Assembly: GCA_963727805.1 (NCBI GenBank)
Contig: CAVSHF010000003.1
Location: forward strand, 480,001 to 544,000
Reading direction: 5' to 3'
Source: an uncultured Nitrospiraceae bacterium
GTDB lineage: Bacteria; Nitrospirota; Thermodesulfovibrionia; Thermodesulfovibrionales; Dissulfurispiraceae
Length of the DNA: 64,000 nucleotides
In this document: positions 38,364 to 48,257 of the stretch, in pieces
Layout: every line of letters starts with the position of its first letter
Position numbering within the stretch: position 1 is the stretch's first letter
Translations under genes and position numbers: made by a program
Notes under the pieces: generated by a model
Seen by the model: only the letters and a program-made list of their open reading frames with translations
What the model was told of the DNA's origin: nothing
Databases searched by the model: none

Positions 38364-39661
38364 GATTTGTGAAGCATTCCTTCAAGTGAATGTCTCTTAG
38401 CCTTAATTATCTTGACCTTTACAATATCTGAAAGTATTACAGAATCAACGAAAGGAAAGTTGACAATCTTATTTGTACGTGTCCGTCCAGTGAAGACCCG
38501 TCCTCTTCCATTTGTAGCCACCGATTCAATAAGGACTTCCTGTATTGTGCCTGCGATCGCCTTATTCTTCCTATCGGTTATTGCGTTTTGGACATCGATG
38601 ATTTCATAAAGTCGTTGAGATTTTAGATTCTCATCAATGTGACCAGTGAAAGTCGATGCCTTTGTCTCGGGCCGGGGAGAATAATTAAATGCGAAGATTC
38701 CATCAAAGGCAATTTCCTTAAGTGCCCGTATTGTGGAAACGTGATCCTCATCCGACTCTTGCGGAAACCCGGTGATAATATCAGTCGTTATGGAGATATC
38801 GGGCATTATTTTGCGTAAAATATCGATCTTCTCTATATAATCTTCGCAAGTATATTTTCTATTCATGAGTTTGAGTATATGCGAAGAACCCGATTGAAGC
38901 GGAAGATGGATATGTTCGCAGACTTTCTCAATATCGCGCATCGCATAAATGAGATCGATCGAGAAATCTTTTGGATGCGAAGTAATAAATCTGATTCTTT
39001 CTATCCCACTTATCCCATTGATATGCTGAAGAAGTCCTGTAAAATCAAGTTCGCTCCGGTACGAATTTACGTTCTGGCCAAGAAGCGTTATCTCTTTGAA
39101 GCCTTCATGAGAAAGCCCTTGAATTTCATGCAATATCTTTTCACTTGGCCTGCTTCTCTCCCGTCCTCTCGTATAGGGAACGACGCAATAGCTGCAGAAA
39201 TTATCGCAGCCGTACATTATGGTGACCCACGCTTTAATTCGGTCCTTTCTGTCGACGCAGAAGTCAGTATCAGCAAGCAAGGGGTTTTCGGCACAGGCGA
39301 TGCCATGCCCCTGAATTGTACTAATCTTATTAATCAGATGAAGATTTTGCGGGCCGATGACATAATCGACATAAGGAGTCCGATGCAGAATCTTATCCCC
39401 CTCCTGCTGGGCAATACATCCTGCAACCGCTATTTTCAAGTCGGGGTTTCTCTTTTTAAGATTCTTAAACCTTCCGAGTCTGCTGAAGAATTTTTGCTCT
39501 GCCTTTTCGCGGATGCTGCAGGTGTTGAAAACTATCAGGTCGGCATTCCGGGGATCATCAGTTTCTGTATATCCCTCAGCTTTGAGAATGCCAGACATTT
39601 TTTCAGAGTCGTGGACATTCATCTGGCAACCGAAAGTCTCTATATAATATACCTTTTTCAT
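38360..39661 (-). CDS. miaB: tRNA i6A37 methylthiotransferase
   Basis: ETFGCQMNVHDSE, NTCSIREKAEQK, GCDNFCSYCVVPYTRGRE, TRAM domain. Confidence 0.96.
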   Translation of the reverse strand: MKKVYYIETFGCQMNVHDSEKMSGILKAEGYTETDDPRNADLIVFNTCSIREKAEQKFFSRLGRFKNLKKRNPDLKIAVAGCIAQQEGDKILHRTPYVDYVIGPQNLHLINKISTIQGHGIACAENPLLADTDFCVDRKDRIKAWVTIMYGCDNFCSYCVVPYTRGRERSRPSEKILHEIQGLSHEGFKEITLLGQNVNSYRSELDFTGLLQHINGISGIERIRFITSHPKDFSIDLIYAMRDIEKVCEHIHLPLQSGSSHILKLMNRKYTCEDYIEKIDILRKIMPDISITTDIITGFPQESDEDHVSTIRALKEIAFDGIFAFNYSPRPETKASTFTGHIDENLKSQRLYEIIDVQNAITDRKNKAIAGTIQEVLIESVATNGRGRVFTGRTRTNKIVNFPFVDSVILSDIVKVKIIKAKRHSLEGMLHKS

Positions 39662-39663
39662 CG

Positions 39664-41625
39664 CTATGCTCTCTCCTCAGGATGAGATGAGAGTGAACGG
39701 TCGCCAGCTATAGTAGCATCGGAATAATATTTTACATATTTCTTAAGGATATTCTTGATCACACCAGCATCGTTAATCGGGCCTTCAGAGAGTATCGTCT
39801 TTAACTCATCAAGGAGTTTTTCGATCTCATCGAGATTGCGGGTTTCACTGTTTTGGGCTATGAAGACCTTTTCATGCCTGCTCGCCATGGTGCCTTCCTC
39901 AGCGGTAAGCATTTCCTCAAATAATTTCTCGCCGGGCCTGAGACCTGTGAAAGCGATATCGATGTCAACGTAAGGCTCCATACCGTGAAGACGGATCAGT
40001 TCCTCGGCAAGGGTGACGATCTTGACTGGATCTCCCATATCTAGCACGAGGACCTCGCCCCCCTTCCCTATGGTTGATGCCTGAAGGACGAGAGATACAG
40101 CTTCCGGGATAGTCATGAAATAACGGCGCATCTCCCGGTGAGTTACCGTAAGCGGACCACCGTGTTTAAGCTGTTCGAGGAAAATTGGTAAGACGCTCCC
40201 TCGACTGCCAAGCACATTTCCGAAGCGTACAGATACAAATTCTGCTTTACCTGCTGATTGGGTAAAAGCCTGGCATATATATTCAGCGATCCGTTTGGAC
40301 GCACCCATAATGCTCGTCGGCCGTATTGCTTTATCCGTCGAAATGAATATAAACTTCGAAACTCCATAACGGACAGAGGCTTTGGCCAGGGCATAGGTGC
40401 CGAAGATGTTGACCTTTATGGCTTCTTTAGGATTGTATTCCATCATGGGCACATGTTTGTATGCTGCCGCATGGAAGACGATATTGGGCTTGAAAGATTT
40501 AAATATTTCGTCAAGCCGACTTTCATCCCTGATATCGCCGATAATGAAATGACACTTGTCCTCAATATGTGGGAGTGCCCGGTTGATCTTCAGGGACATG
40601 GAATGCAACTCGGTTTCGTCAATGTCAAAAAGAACTACATTCCCCGGTTCAAAAGAGCATACTTGCATCACTATCTCTGAGCCGATTGAGCCCCCTGCTC
40701 CTGTGATAAGCACTGACTTACCACTAATAAAATTACTAATATCAGCATGATCGACTGTAATAGACTGTCGTCCGATAAGGTCTTCTATACGTATTTCCTC
40801 AAGATTCTTGAGATTGATATCGGGACGATGAAAATCGTAGATTCTTGGTACGATTTTTACGGTTTGCAGGCCGCATCCCTTTGCAGAATGATAAATTTCC
40901 CTTAGTGTCTTATGATTAAGAGACGGTATAGCGATAATGACCGCTTCTGCGTGATACTTTGCAATCACCTGTTTTAACAAATTGGTCGTGCCGAGCACCT
41001 TAACTCCGCGTATGTACCCCCCCACCTTTATATTATCGTCATCAAGGATGCCAATCGGGTAAAATTCCGTATGCCCCCTCTGTTCGATGTCTCTCAGGAT
41101 CATTTCCCCTGTCCGGCCTGCGCCGACGATGATCGTCCTTCTCCCCATTTTGCCTTTGGCCCTGCTCAGTACTTTATCTACATAAAGACGCTTGGAAATC
41201 CTCAACCCCGAAAGGAGCATAGTACTTACTAATGCATCGATGAAAAATATACTTCTCGGAAATCCCACAATATATGGCAGAGGCAAAAAAGCGAGATGAG
41301 GACCAAAGGGGATCAGAATCACAACCATTAGCAAAGATTCAGCCGCGGCAGCCGCAACATATATCCTGTTCAATTCAGTGATGCCTACATACCGCCAGGT
41401 CATTTTGTAATAGCCAAATAAGCAAAAAAGCGCCAGCTTTATGACCAAAAAGAATGGAAGTGCCTTGAAAAACATGGCTTTGTAGATGTCGGGAATGGCG
41501 AACTCGAAGCGCATAAGAAAAGCGCAATAGAGAGACAAAACGATGATAACAAGATCGCAGAAGACGAAAAAAGACGTTCGCTTGATTTGGCTCGGTTTCA
41601 GGAGCTTTTTCAGGACATCTATCAT
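39664..41625 (-). CDS. Membrane-bound NDP-sugar 4,6-dehydratase (CapD/PglF/WbpM family)
   Basis: N-terminal TMs, TGAGGSIGSE, FHAAAYKHVP, STDKA, VRFGNVLGSRGSV, GLRPGEKL. Confidence 0.93.
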   Translation of the reverse strand: MIDVLKKLLKPSQIKRTSFFVFCDLVIIVLSLYCAFLMRFEFAIPDIYKAMFFKALPFFLVIKLALFCLFGYYKMTWRYVGITELNRIYVAAAAAESLLMVVILIPFGPHLAFLPLPYIVGFPRSIFFIDALVSTMLLSGLRISKRLYVDKVLSRAKGKMGRRTIIVGAGRTGEMILRDIEQRGHTEFYPIGILDDDNIKVGGYIRGVKVLGTTNLLKQVIAKYHAEAVIIAIPSLNHKTLREIYHSAKGCGLQTVKIVPRIYDFHRPDINLKNLEEIRIEDLIGRQSITVDHADISNFISGKSVLITGAGGSIGSEIVMQVCSFEPGNVVLFDIDETELHSMSLKINRALPHIEDKCHFIIGDIRDESRLDEIFKSFKPNIVFHAAAYKHVPMMEYNPKEAIKVNIFGTYALAKASVRYGVSKFIFISTDKAIRPTSIMGASKRIAEYICQAFTQSAGKAEFVSVRFGNVLGSRGSVLPIFLEQLKHGGPLTVTHREMRRYFMTIPEAVSLVLQASTIGKGGEVLVLDMGDPVKIVTLAEELIRLHGMEPYVDIDIAFTGLRPGEKLFEEMLTAEEGTMASRHEKVFIAQNSETRNLDEIEKLLDELKTILSEGPINDAGVIKNILKKYVKYYSDATIAGDRSLSSHPEERA

Positions 41626-41634
41626 AACGATAAT

Positions 41635-42201
41635 TTAGTGACTAACGCCTTCTTTATTAAGGACCTTGAAGCAGGTCTTGAAAATAATGCGTATGTCGAA
41701 AAGAAAGCTCTGATGACGACGATAGAAATCGTCGAAATCCACCTTCACCGGGATCGGAAGCTCATCTCTTCCATTTACCTGCGCCCAGCCCGTCAGACCA
41801 GGGACGAGTTCATGAACTCCTTTTTCTGTGCGCAGCTTGATTAAATCACTCTGATTATACAAAGCAGGTCTTGGTCCGACGAAGCTCATGTCTCCCTTCA
41901 AAATATTTAAAAGCTGAGGGAGTTCGTCGAGGCTGGTCTTTCTCAACAGTTTACCAATCGACGTCATATATTGTTCGGGATTATTCAGGAGGTGTGTGGC
42001 TACAGGGGGAGTATTTATTTTCATGGTGCGGTATTTATACATTTTAAATATCGAGTTTTTCCGGCCTATTCTATCTGATATATATAAAATGGGACCCTTT
42101 GATGATAATTTTATGGCAATCCCGATTATCAGACAAGGGATTATAAGTATAATCAATAGTATAACAGACAGAATAATATCAAATGAACGTTTAGCCGACA
42201 T
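41635..42201 (-). CDS. Monotopic phosphoglycosyl transferase (PglC-like sugar transferase)
   Basis: KRSFD, KYRTM, LRKTSLDELPQL, GDMSFVGPRP, PGLTGWAQVNGR. Confidence 0.92.
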   Translation of the reverse strand: MSAKRSFDIILSVILLIILIIPCLIIGIAIKLSSKGPILYISDRIGRKNSIFKMYKYRTMKINTPPVATHLLNNPEQYMTSIGKLLRKTSLDELPQLLNILKGDMSFVGPRPALYNQSDLIKLRTEKGVHELVPGLTGWAQVNGRDELPIPVKVDFDDFYRRHQSFLFDIRIIFKTCFKVLNKEGVSH

Positions 42202-42204
42202 ACA

Positions 42205-43164
42205 CTACTTGCTCAGCAGATACTCCGAAACCATGGACTTGATGCCGTCATTCACTGACTGACAAGGGCGCCAGCCAGTCATGCTTCGGAATAAAGTGGA
42301 ATCGACTACGAGAGATTCTGTGAGTCTTCCTATCATAGGACGCAAAGCAGGGATCATCGCGCCAATAATTGAAAAGGCTTTCCCGGGGATGTTGATCAAA
42401 TGCGGGTTTCGGTTCATAGCTCCGGCGATCAGCTTTATAAGCTCTGAAGTCGACAGGTCCTCACCATCACTAATAAGAAAAGTCTGTGCGGCGCATTCCG
42501 TGTTGGTAGCCGACATAAGAAGGACGTCGACAAGATTATCCAGTGAGATAAAGCTGCGTTTGTTACTAATTCCTCCAAATGGCAGTGGGTAGCCGCGGTC
42601 GATATATCTCAGTAATTTCAGCATGTTACCTCTTACCCCCGGACCGTATGCAAGCGGTGGTCTCATAATCACCATTTCAAGTCCGGTCCGCGATGATATG
42701 TCGTGAAGTGCCTCTTCAGCCTCCCACTTGGAGATGGAATAAGCATCTTGGGGGGATGGGCTATCGGTTTCGCGAAAGGGATTCGCCCCACTGCTTTCGC
42801 CGTTAACCTTTGCGGTGCTGACATACACGAATCTTTTAACGCCGGCTTGGACCGCCATCAAGGCCAAATGCCGAGAACCTTCAACATTTATGCGACGATA
42901 TTCCGCAAGTGGATGCTTCAATGATTCGTTCATGACATGGACGCGGGCGGCAAGATGAATGATGACATCCATACCCTTGAGGGCCGCCGACCAATCCGTA
43001 AACGGACCAATATCATTAACAACAGCAAAATCCAGACCCCCCGGGAGGCGAGACTTCACAATTTGTTTGAGTACGGCCCTGACCGAATATCCTTTCTCTG
43101 CCGCAGTGTGGCAAAGTTTACTGCCGACAAAACCATTTGCACCCGTAACCAGTAATGTATTCAC
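42205..43164 (-). CDS. NAD-dependent epimerase/dehydratase (WbpV-like 4-keto reductase)
   Basis: VTGANGFVG, HLAARVHVM, YSISK; GTG start overlaps upstream stop (GTGA). Confidence 0.88.
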   Translation of the reverse strand: MNTLLVTGANGFVGSKLCHTAAEKGYSVRAVLKQIVKSRLPGGLDFAVVNDIGPFTDWSAALKGMDVIIHLAARVHVMNESLKHPLAEYRRINVEGSRHLALMAVQAGVKRFVYVSTAKVNGESSGANPFRETDSPSPQDAYSISKWEAEEALHDISSRTGLEMVIMRPPLAYGPGVRGNMLKLLRYIDRGYPLPFGGISNKRSFISLDNLVDVLLMSATNTECAAQTFLISDGEDLSTSELIKLIAGAMNRNPHLINIPGKAFSIIGAMIPALRPMIGRLTESLVVDSTLFRSMTGWRPCQSVNDGIKSMVSEYLLSK

Positions 43165-43925
43165 TCGACAACCAATTTTCTTCCGGTTAGTCGCCAATAG
43201 AACATCTGGGAAAAAAAGCGTATCATGCTGGCGAGATGCCACTTCAGATATCTCAAATTGCGATGGCTTTCGTGTCGTGCATCATGGATTATGGAAACTG
43301 AAGGGCACAGAAGAACTTTGTATCCCGCAAGCCACAATCGGGCACAGATGTCTACGTCCTCATAATAGAGAAAATAGTTTTCATCGAATCCTCCGATCTT
43401 TTTATAAGCAGCAGCAGGGAAAAGCATAAACATGCCGGCAACCCAATCCGGTGAAAAGCATTCTTCACCAATTTTGTACTCAAGCGCTTCACCTAATCCA
43501 CACAGCTTCGAGAGTATCCTTAAGGGATTAGGAAAACGCCTGGCGGTCTTCTCAACTACTCCTGCAGGATTAGCAACCAATGGAGCTACAACTCCTGTTC
43601 TTTCGTTGCCGCAGCACTCAATCAAGGTAGGCAAGGGATCGGAGGTCAATTTGATATCGGGGTTTAAGATGCAGAAAAATGATCCCTTGGCATATTTGAA
43701 TGCAGCGTTATGATTCGCGCCAAATCCTCTGGGGTTATCGTTCTGCATAACGCGAATCGGGAAGTTATATTTATCGCAGTTGAAGGAAAGTGTCTCCGGA
43801 ATATTTATTGTCAATAATACTTCTACATTGTTACAATGCCCGTTAATATCGTCCAAAAGGTCTTTTATAAACGAGCTTTGAGAATGGCTCACAATCGAAA
43901 GGCTGACTAGCGGTTGGGCATTCAT
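43161..43925 (-). CDS. GT2 glycosyltransferase (WbbL-like)
   Basis: GFGANHN, ILNPD, GGFDENYFLYYEDVDIC. Confidence 0.88.
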   Translation of the reverse strand: MNAQPLVSLSIVSHSQSSFIKDLLDDINGHCNNVEVLLTINIPETLSFNCDKYNFPIRVMQNDNPRGFGANHNAAFKYAKGSFFCILNPDIKLTSDPLPTLIECCGNERTGVVAPLVANPAGVVEKTARRFPNPLRILSKLCGLGEALEYKIGEECFSPDWVAGMFMLFPAAAYKKIGGFDENYFLYYEDVDICARLWLAGYKVLLCPSVSIIHDARHESHRNLRYLKWHLASMIRFFSQMFYWRLTGRKLVVE

Positions 43926-43987
43926 AATTTAAATTCAGACATCGACTTTGGCTATTTGTTAAAGATGTACCATCATATGCTAATTTG

Positions 43988-45835
43988 TCAGTCCTTACGC
44001 TTGCGGGATTTAATGAAAAATCGCAACAATGGTTTTAGACTATTCTTGTAAAAGCCATACGCTGATCGAAGAAGAGTCCCGACAAGAGGATGCTTATAGG
44101 ATATTGATCGATAAACATCTATTACATAGATTTGCCAGCCTAATTCTTTAGAATATTCAACTACTTGATTAAGCGTCATTGGCAACGAAATATCGTTCAG
44201 CTTTCGCCTGGCAACATCATAATAGTCATCGAGCTTTTCTTGTCGCTTTGTTGCAGTTTCAATTTTTGCTGGGACTCTGTACAGGGAGGTTGTTTTATTG
44301 ATAAGGAGAAAATCGTGCACTAGAGAATAACGAATCCAGAGATGCCAATCCTCAAGATTTTCGAGCCCAACGTCGAAACCGCCGTACTGATCATACAACG
44401 CCTTTTTAAATAAAATTGATTGTATAGGGATATAATTCTTATACCATAAAAGAGGCCGTGAGAATTTTTGCCTATAGAATATCTGCCTACTATGTTCAAT
44501 GTATTTTAATGGGGAATAAGATAATATTTCAGTTCCGACTTCATATGCTAGCGCGTATACCGCTCCAATGTCATTTCTCGAATAAAGTTCATTAACAAGA
44601 ACTTCAAAGTGATCAGCAAATAAGAGATCATCATCATCAAGAAAAGCCAAATAATCTCCTTTTGAGTATTCCAATCCTGTGTTTCCCGCAATGCATCTTC
44701 CGGCTTTTTGTATGCTAATATACTGAACAGATGCTAAAAGCTTGTTTTCCTTCAATTCCTCTGCAAACGGCCGGGCCTCTTCTGTGCCGTCTTCAACAAT
44801 AACAAGTTCTATATTGGGGTATGTCTGGTTAAGAATCGATTGTACAGCCTCTCTGAGTATTGACTCGCGTCCTTTATATGTGCGAACTATAACACTTACA
44901 AGTGGCGGGCAATCGAGGTTTTTCTTGAATTCGTAAAAAGCACCATCCCGAGCCTCTTCATAGTCCCATCTCATAAAGGAAAACTTCAGGCTGCTTTTCT
45001 TTCTGGTCAAGAGGAAATATGGCGCTTTCACTATCAGATTGGACGTTACTTTTAACAACCCCTTCAACTTATTTTCTACAGGATATGGCATCACCCAAAG
45101 TGTCGGAAACATGACAAATAATCCTAGTACTGTTGTCACATTTCCATAACGTAGCCTGAGCAGAGCATTCGCTAGAATGTTGCCAAAAAATTGAGTTGGT
45201 TTGAGTTCACGCGGTTTCGAATAACAATAATGCCAGCATACGGCTTTGGGGCAATAACGAAGTCTGTAGCCGCGATCACGCAATCTATATGAGATTTCGA
45301 CATCTTCGCCATACATGAATAAATGTGCCTCATAGCCCCCTATGGCAACAATTGCCTCCCTTCGAAAAAGAACACAGGCGCTGGAGGACCAGGTGGTTTC
45401 CAATGTGACAGGATTATACAACTTAGGATGTTCATATGGTTTTTGGCGAAATTCCCAGCACGCTACGTCATCTGCATCCACTTGAGCAATTCGGACTGCA
45501 TTTGCAATAGCGTCAGCATCAAAGGCTATGTCGACATTCGAAACAAGAAAATACGGAGATGCGCACAATGCAATATTTGCATTGTGTCCAGCCCCAAATC
45601 CGATATTTCCGGATGCCGAAATCTCAAATGAAGCAAATTGTTTTGAGCACGTGAGCTTTTGATGATCAATTTTTTGCACTGTATCGTCAACTGAGCCATT
45701 GTCATGTATCAATACATTTATTCGATCAATTGGATATTCCTGTAACAATAAACTCGAGAAAAATATTTCAATCCACTCAGAGGAGTTGAAAGTAACTATA
45801 GATAGATCTACAAAAGGGTACGAACAGGTTTTCAT
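43988..45835 (-). CDS. Two-domain GT2 glycosyltransferase (possible polymerase)
   Basis: Domain 1 DNGS, GFGAGHN, FMYGEDVE; domain 2 LVSVIVRT, FLDDDD, GGFD..EDW. Confidence 0.87.
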   Translation of the reverse strand: MKTCSYPFVDLSIVTFNSSEWIEIFFSSLLLQEYPIDRINVLIHDNGSVDDTVQKIDHQKLTCSKQFASFEISASGNIGFGAGHNANIALCASPYFLVSNVDIAFDADAIANAVRIAQVDADDVACWEFRQKPYEHPKLYNPVTLETTWSSSACVLFRREAIVAIGGYEAHLFMYGEDVEISYRLRDRGYRLRYCPKAVCWHYCYSKPRELKPTQFFGNILANALLRLRYGNVTTVLGLFVMFPTLWVMPYPVENKLKGLLKVTSNLIVKAPYFLLTRKKSSLKFSFMRWDYEEARDGAFYEFKKNLDCPPLVSVIVRTYKGRESILREAVQSILNQTYPNIELVIVEDGTEEARPFAEELKENKLLASVQYISIQKAGRCIAGNTGLEYSKGDYLAFLDDDDLLFADHFEVLVNELYSRNDIGAVYALAYEVGTEILSYSPLKYIEHSRQIFYRQKFSRPLLWYKNYIPIQSILFKKALYDQYGGFDVGLENLEDWHLWIRYSLVHDFLLINKTTSLYRVPAKIETATKRQEKLDDYYDVARRKLNDISLPMTLNQVVEYSKELGWQIYVIDVYRSISYKHPLVGTLLRSAYGFYKNSLKPLLRFFIKSRKRKD

Positions 45836-45915
45836 ATCATTCTTTGGTTGTCACTTGTGAAATGCGTTCTCAGCTTCAAAACGTCAGTGCAATTACGGGA
45901 AGCCGAAGTAGCGCT

Positions 45916-47070
45916 TTACTGCGATCGTTCCTCTCCCACCTTTGCGGGTATAGGCAAGTCGTTCTCTTGTGGAGATAATCTGTCGACTTTAGTGCCACGG
46001 AGTATCCCCGGAAGGGCAAGCGATGAATTAGCGAAAGATATCATCTGCTTTAGTTTTAAAGTAGGGTTTTCCACAAAGTGCCACGAAAGAATCGCGAGGA
46101 TCAATGTTATGCAAAATGACATAGCAATAAACGCTGAGACGCCGATTCCAGGGCCATACGAGTTCATTATAATTTGCTGCACGGGAAAAGCAAAAACATA
46201 GATACCATATGAAAAGTCACCGAATCTGCCAAAATTGTGCAGTCTTCCAATCTTCATATATGCAAAGTGAATGACCAAATATGGGAGCGCAAGCTGTGTG
46301 ACAATGGGTCCATATGGAGTATGAAATGAAGCGATCACTAGAACGATTAAACAGAAGAATACGTCGTTTCGCAGCGATATCTTCCGCTTGAAAAGGTACA
46401 TGGCGGAACCGGCAAAAAAATACGCGCCCAGCTTAAAAAATTGAAGGACAGGGATTATCCCGAGTACAACATACTTACTTATTTCCGTGGCTTTGAGATA
46501 ACAGAGCACGAAAACAATCACTACATAAAGAATAAATCGTGTGGACAGAAGTCGTGTAAGACCAAAAGCAAAAACCAACAAATACATGACAAATTCCACT
46601 GGCAGCGTCCAAAGAGAGCCATTGACAGCGTTCGGAAACGGATTGGAAGCGAAAAGACCCGGCAGGTTATAGTGAGGAGATAGAATGATGTTTTTCAAAT
46701 AGTTCCACGTCAACGGACTCCTGAAATAGTCTCGCAGATCAATATTCGTAAATAATGGCCCAATAACGAAGATAGCAAGGAGCGCAGTTACGGTCAGAGC
46801 AGGAAAGAGACGGAGGGCTCGTTTCCAAAAAAAGTGCAACCAATTTTTGGAGTTTAAGTACGATCCGCTGACCAGATAGCCGCTTATTATGAAGAAAATT
46901 GCTACGGCCACTCCACCGCCAGTCTCAAACCCTGTCAATCTTACCATGGGTTCTTCTGCATTCCGCCCTGAAAGCGCATAGCAGTGACTGAACAGCACAA
47001 GAGTAGCTGCTGCGAAACGCAGGAAATCAAAACTGTTTCGGTGGTCTGGGTTACTCACCTGCTTTCTCAT
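45916..47070 (-). CDS. Acyltransferase family 3 (OafA-like O-acyltransferase)
   Basis: FDFLR, FFIISGYL, KRALRLFP, NGSLWTLPVE, GDFSYGIY, SWHFVE. Confidence 0.9.
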   Translation of the reverse strand: MRKQVSNPDHRNSFDFLRFAAATLVLFSHCYALSGRNAEEPMVRLTGFETGGGVAVAIFFIISGYLVSGSYLNSKNWLHFFWKRALRLFPALTVTALLAIFVIGPLFTNIDLRDYFRSPLTWNYLKNIILSPHYNLPGLFASNPFPNAVNGSLWTLPVEFVMYLLVFAFGLTRLLSTRFILYVVIVFVLCYLKATEISKYVVLGIIPVLQFFKLGAYFFAGSAMYLFKRKISLRNDVFFCLIVLVIASFHTPYGPIVTQLALPYLVIHFAYMKIGRLHNFGRFGDFSYGIYVFAFPVQQIIMNSYGPGIGVSAFIAMSFCITLILAILSWHFVENPTLKLKQMISFANSSLALPGILRGTKVDRLSPQENDLPIPAKVGEERSQ

Positions 47071-47306
47071 AATAAAATTTTCCCTGACATCTTTTACCTC
47101 GTTTAGCAATCGACCAACGTTTCACTTATTATAATATCATTTAGGTCAATAACGTGTCAGAAATAAAAACAGCTTGCTCTTCAAGTTATATAATGCATCG
47201 AGCTAGTGTGATTTCGCCAAATCAAAGAACCGCGATTGAGACTCCAAGTGATTATAGGTAAATATAATTTTAACAGGTGGAAAAGTCCAATCCAGACAAC
47301 TTGTAA

Positions 47307-48224
47307 TCAGTGGCTTCGTCTGAGCCAGATGCTGCCCCCTCCTCCAAGTTTTGGGAAGCGGGGGAATACGCTTTTAACTTCCTCAAGGTGATACATTGCC
47401 ATAAAATAGGATGCCCAGATAACTTCGAAACTGTCATTAAACTGAAGAAATGCCCTAAGCAAATACTGCTCATTCCAGTTTCGCCCCTCGTCGATAACCC
47501 ATTTCTTATCATATTCCTGCGGTAAAAAGATATCATGAATGTGAATCATTACTCCCGGTTTCAATCGCGGAATAATCTCAAAAAAAAGATAATTAACATC
47601 GCTGCCAGCTTTTGTTACGTGAGAGGAATCGATAAACAAAATATCACCCTTGCCTAACTTCTCAAAAAATACAATAGGCAGATCCTCAACCTTACTGACA
47701 ATCAGTTTGGTGATACCATCGACACCATCAAGCAAAAATTGACGCGGGAACGGCTCGATGCATGTTAAGTCCATACGGCGTCCCAGTAATCGTCGATTCA
47801 GATCCGCTGCGATGAGAGAGGAAAATCCGCTGCCGATCTCAATCATATGTGCTGGTTTGTAATGGGCAAGAATTGTAAAAAGCACTTCAGCATCTAAAAC
47901 GGGGAATTGATCGTTCGAATAATAATAGAGGGCAGGATCCGCGGGAGGATTTACAGGATAATCAATAAAGCTGACATAGGGGGCCAGATTTCTCAGCAAT
48001 AAAAGTTGTTCCTGTTCATTGAAGCGAATGCCCGGCATTTCCCTGGCAGTATGCCAGATGAGCGTTTCTCGTCGGCGCATGTCATTAGGGTCAACGAACG
48101 GGGAATAGAAATGACCCAATGGGAAAAGATGCTTAATGCCGTCCGTCTTGCACATCATAATCCGTCGCAACCAAGATTTTAAATAGTAGAGATTCAATTG
48201 CATGCTTGCCCTCGCTGAAAACAT
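47307..48224 (-). CDS. Class I SAM-dependent methyltransferase
   Basis: IEIGSGFSS, LFIDSSH, IHIHDIF, WNEQY; start uncertain. Confidence 0.85.
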   Translation of the reverse strand: MFSARASMQLNLYYLKSWLRRIMMCKTDGIKHLFPLGHFYSPFVDPNDMRRRETLIWHTAREMPGIRFNEQEQLLLLRNLAPYVSFIDYPVNPPADPALYYYSNDQFPVLDAEVLFTILAHYKPAHMIEIGSGFSSLIAADLNRRLLGRRMDLTCIEPFPRQFLLDGVDGITKLIVSKVEDLPIVFFEKLGKGDILFIDSSHVTKAGSDVNYLFFEIIPRLKPGVMIHIHDIFLPQEYDKKWVIDEGRNWNEQYLLRAFLQFNDSFEVIWASYFMAMYHLEEVKSVFPRFPKLGGGGSIWLRRSH

Positions 48225-48257
48225 TTCGAAGATATTTTCCAGTGGATCATTATGTTA

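Noticed and set aside
38879..39685. 268-aa plus-strand ORF, and similar antisense ORFs such as 61364-62092, 7217-7798 and 8628-9134
   Set aside because: Shadows of well-supported genes on the opposite strand, with no recognisable motifs
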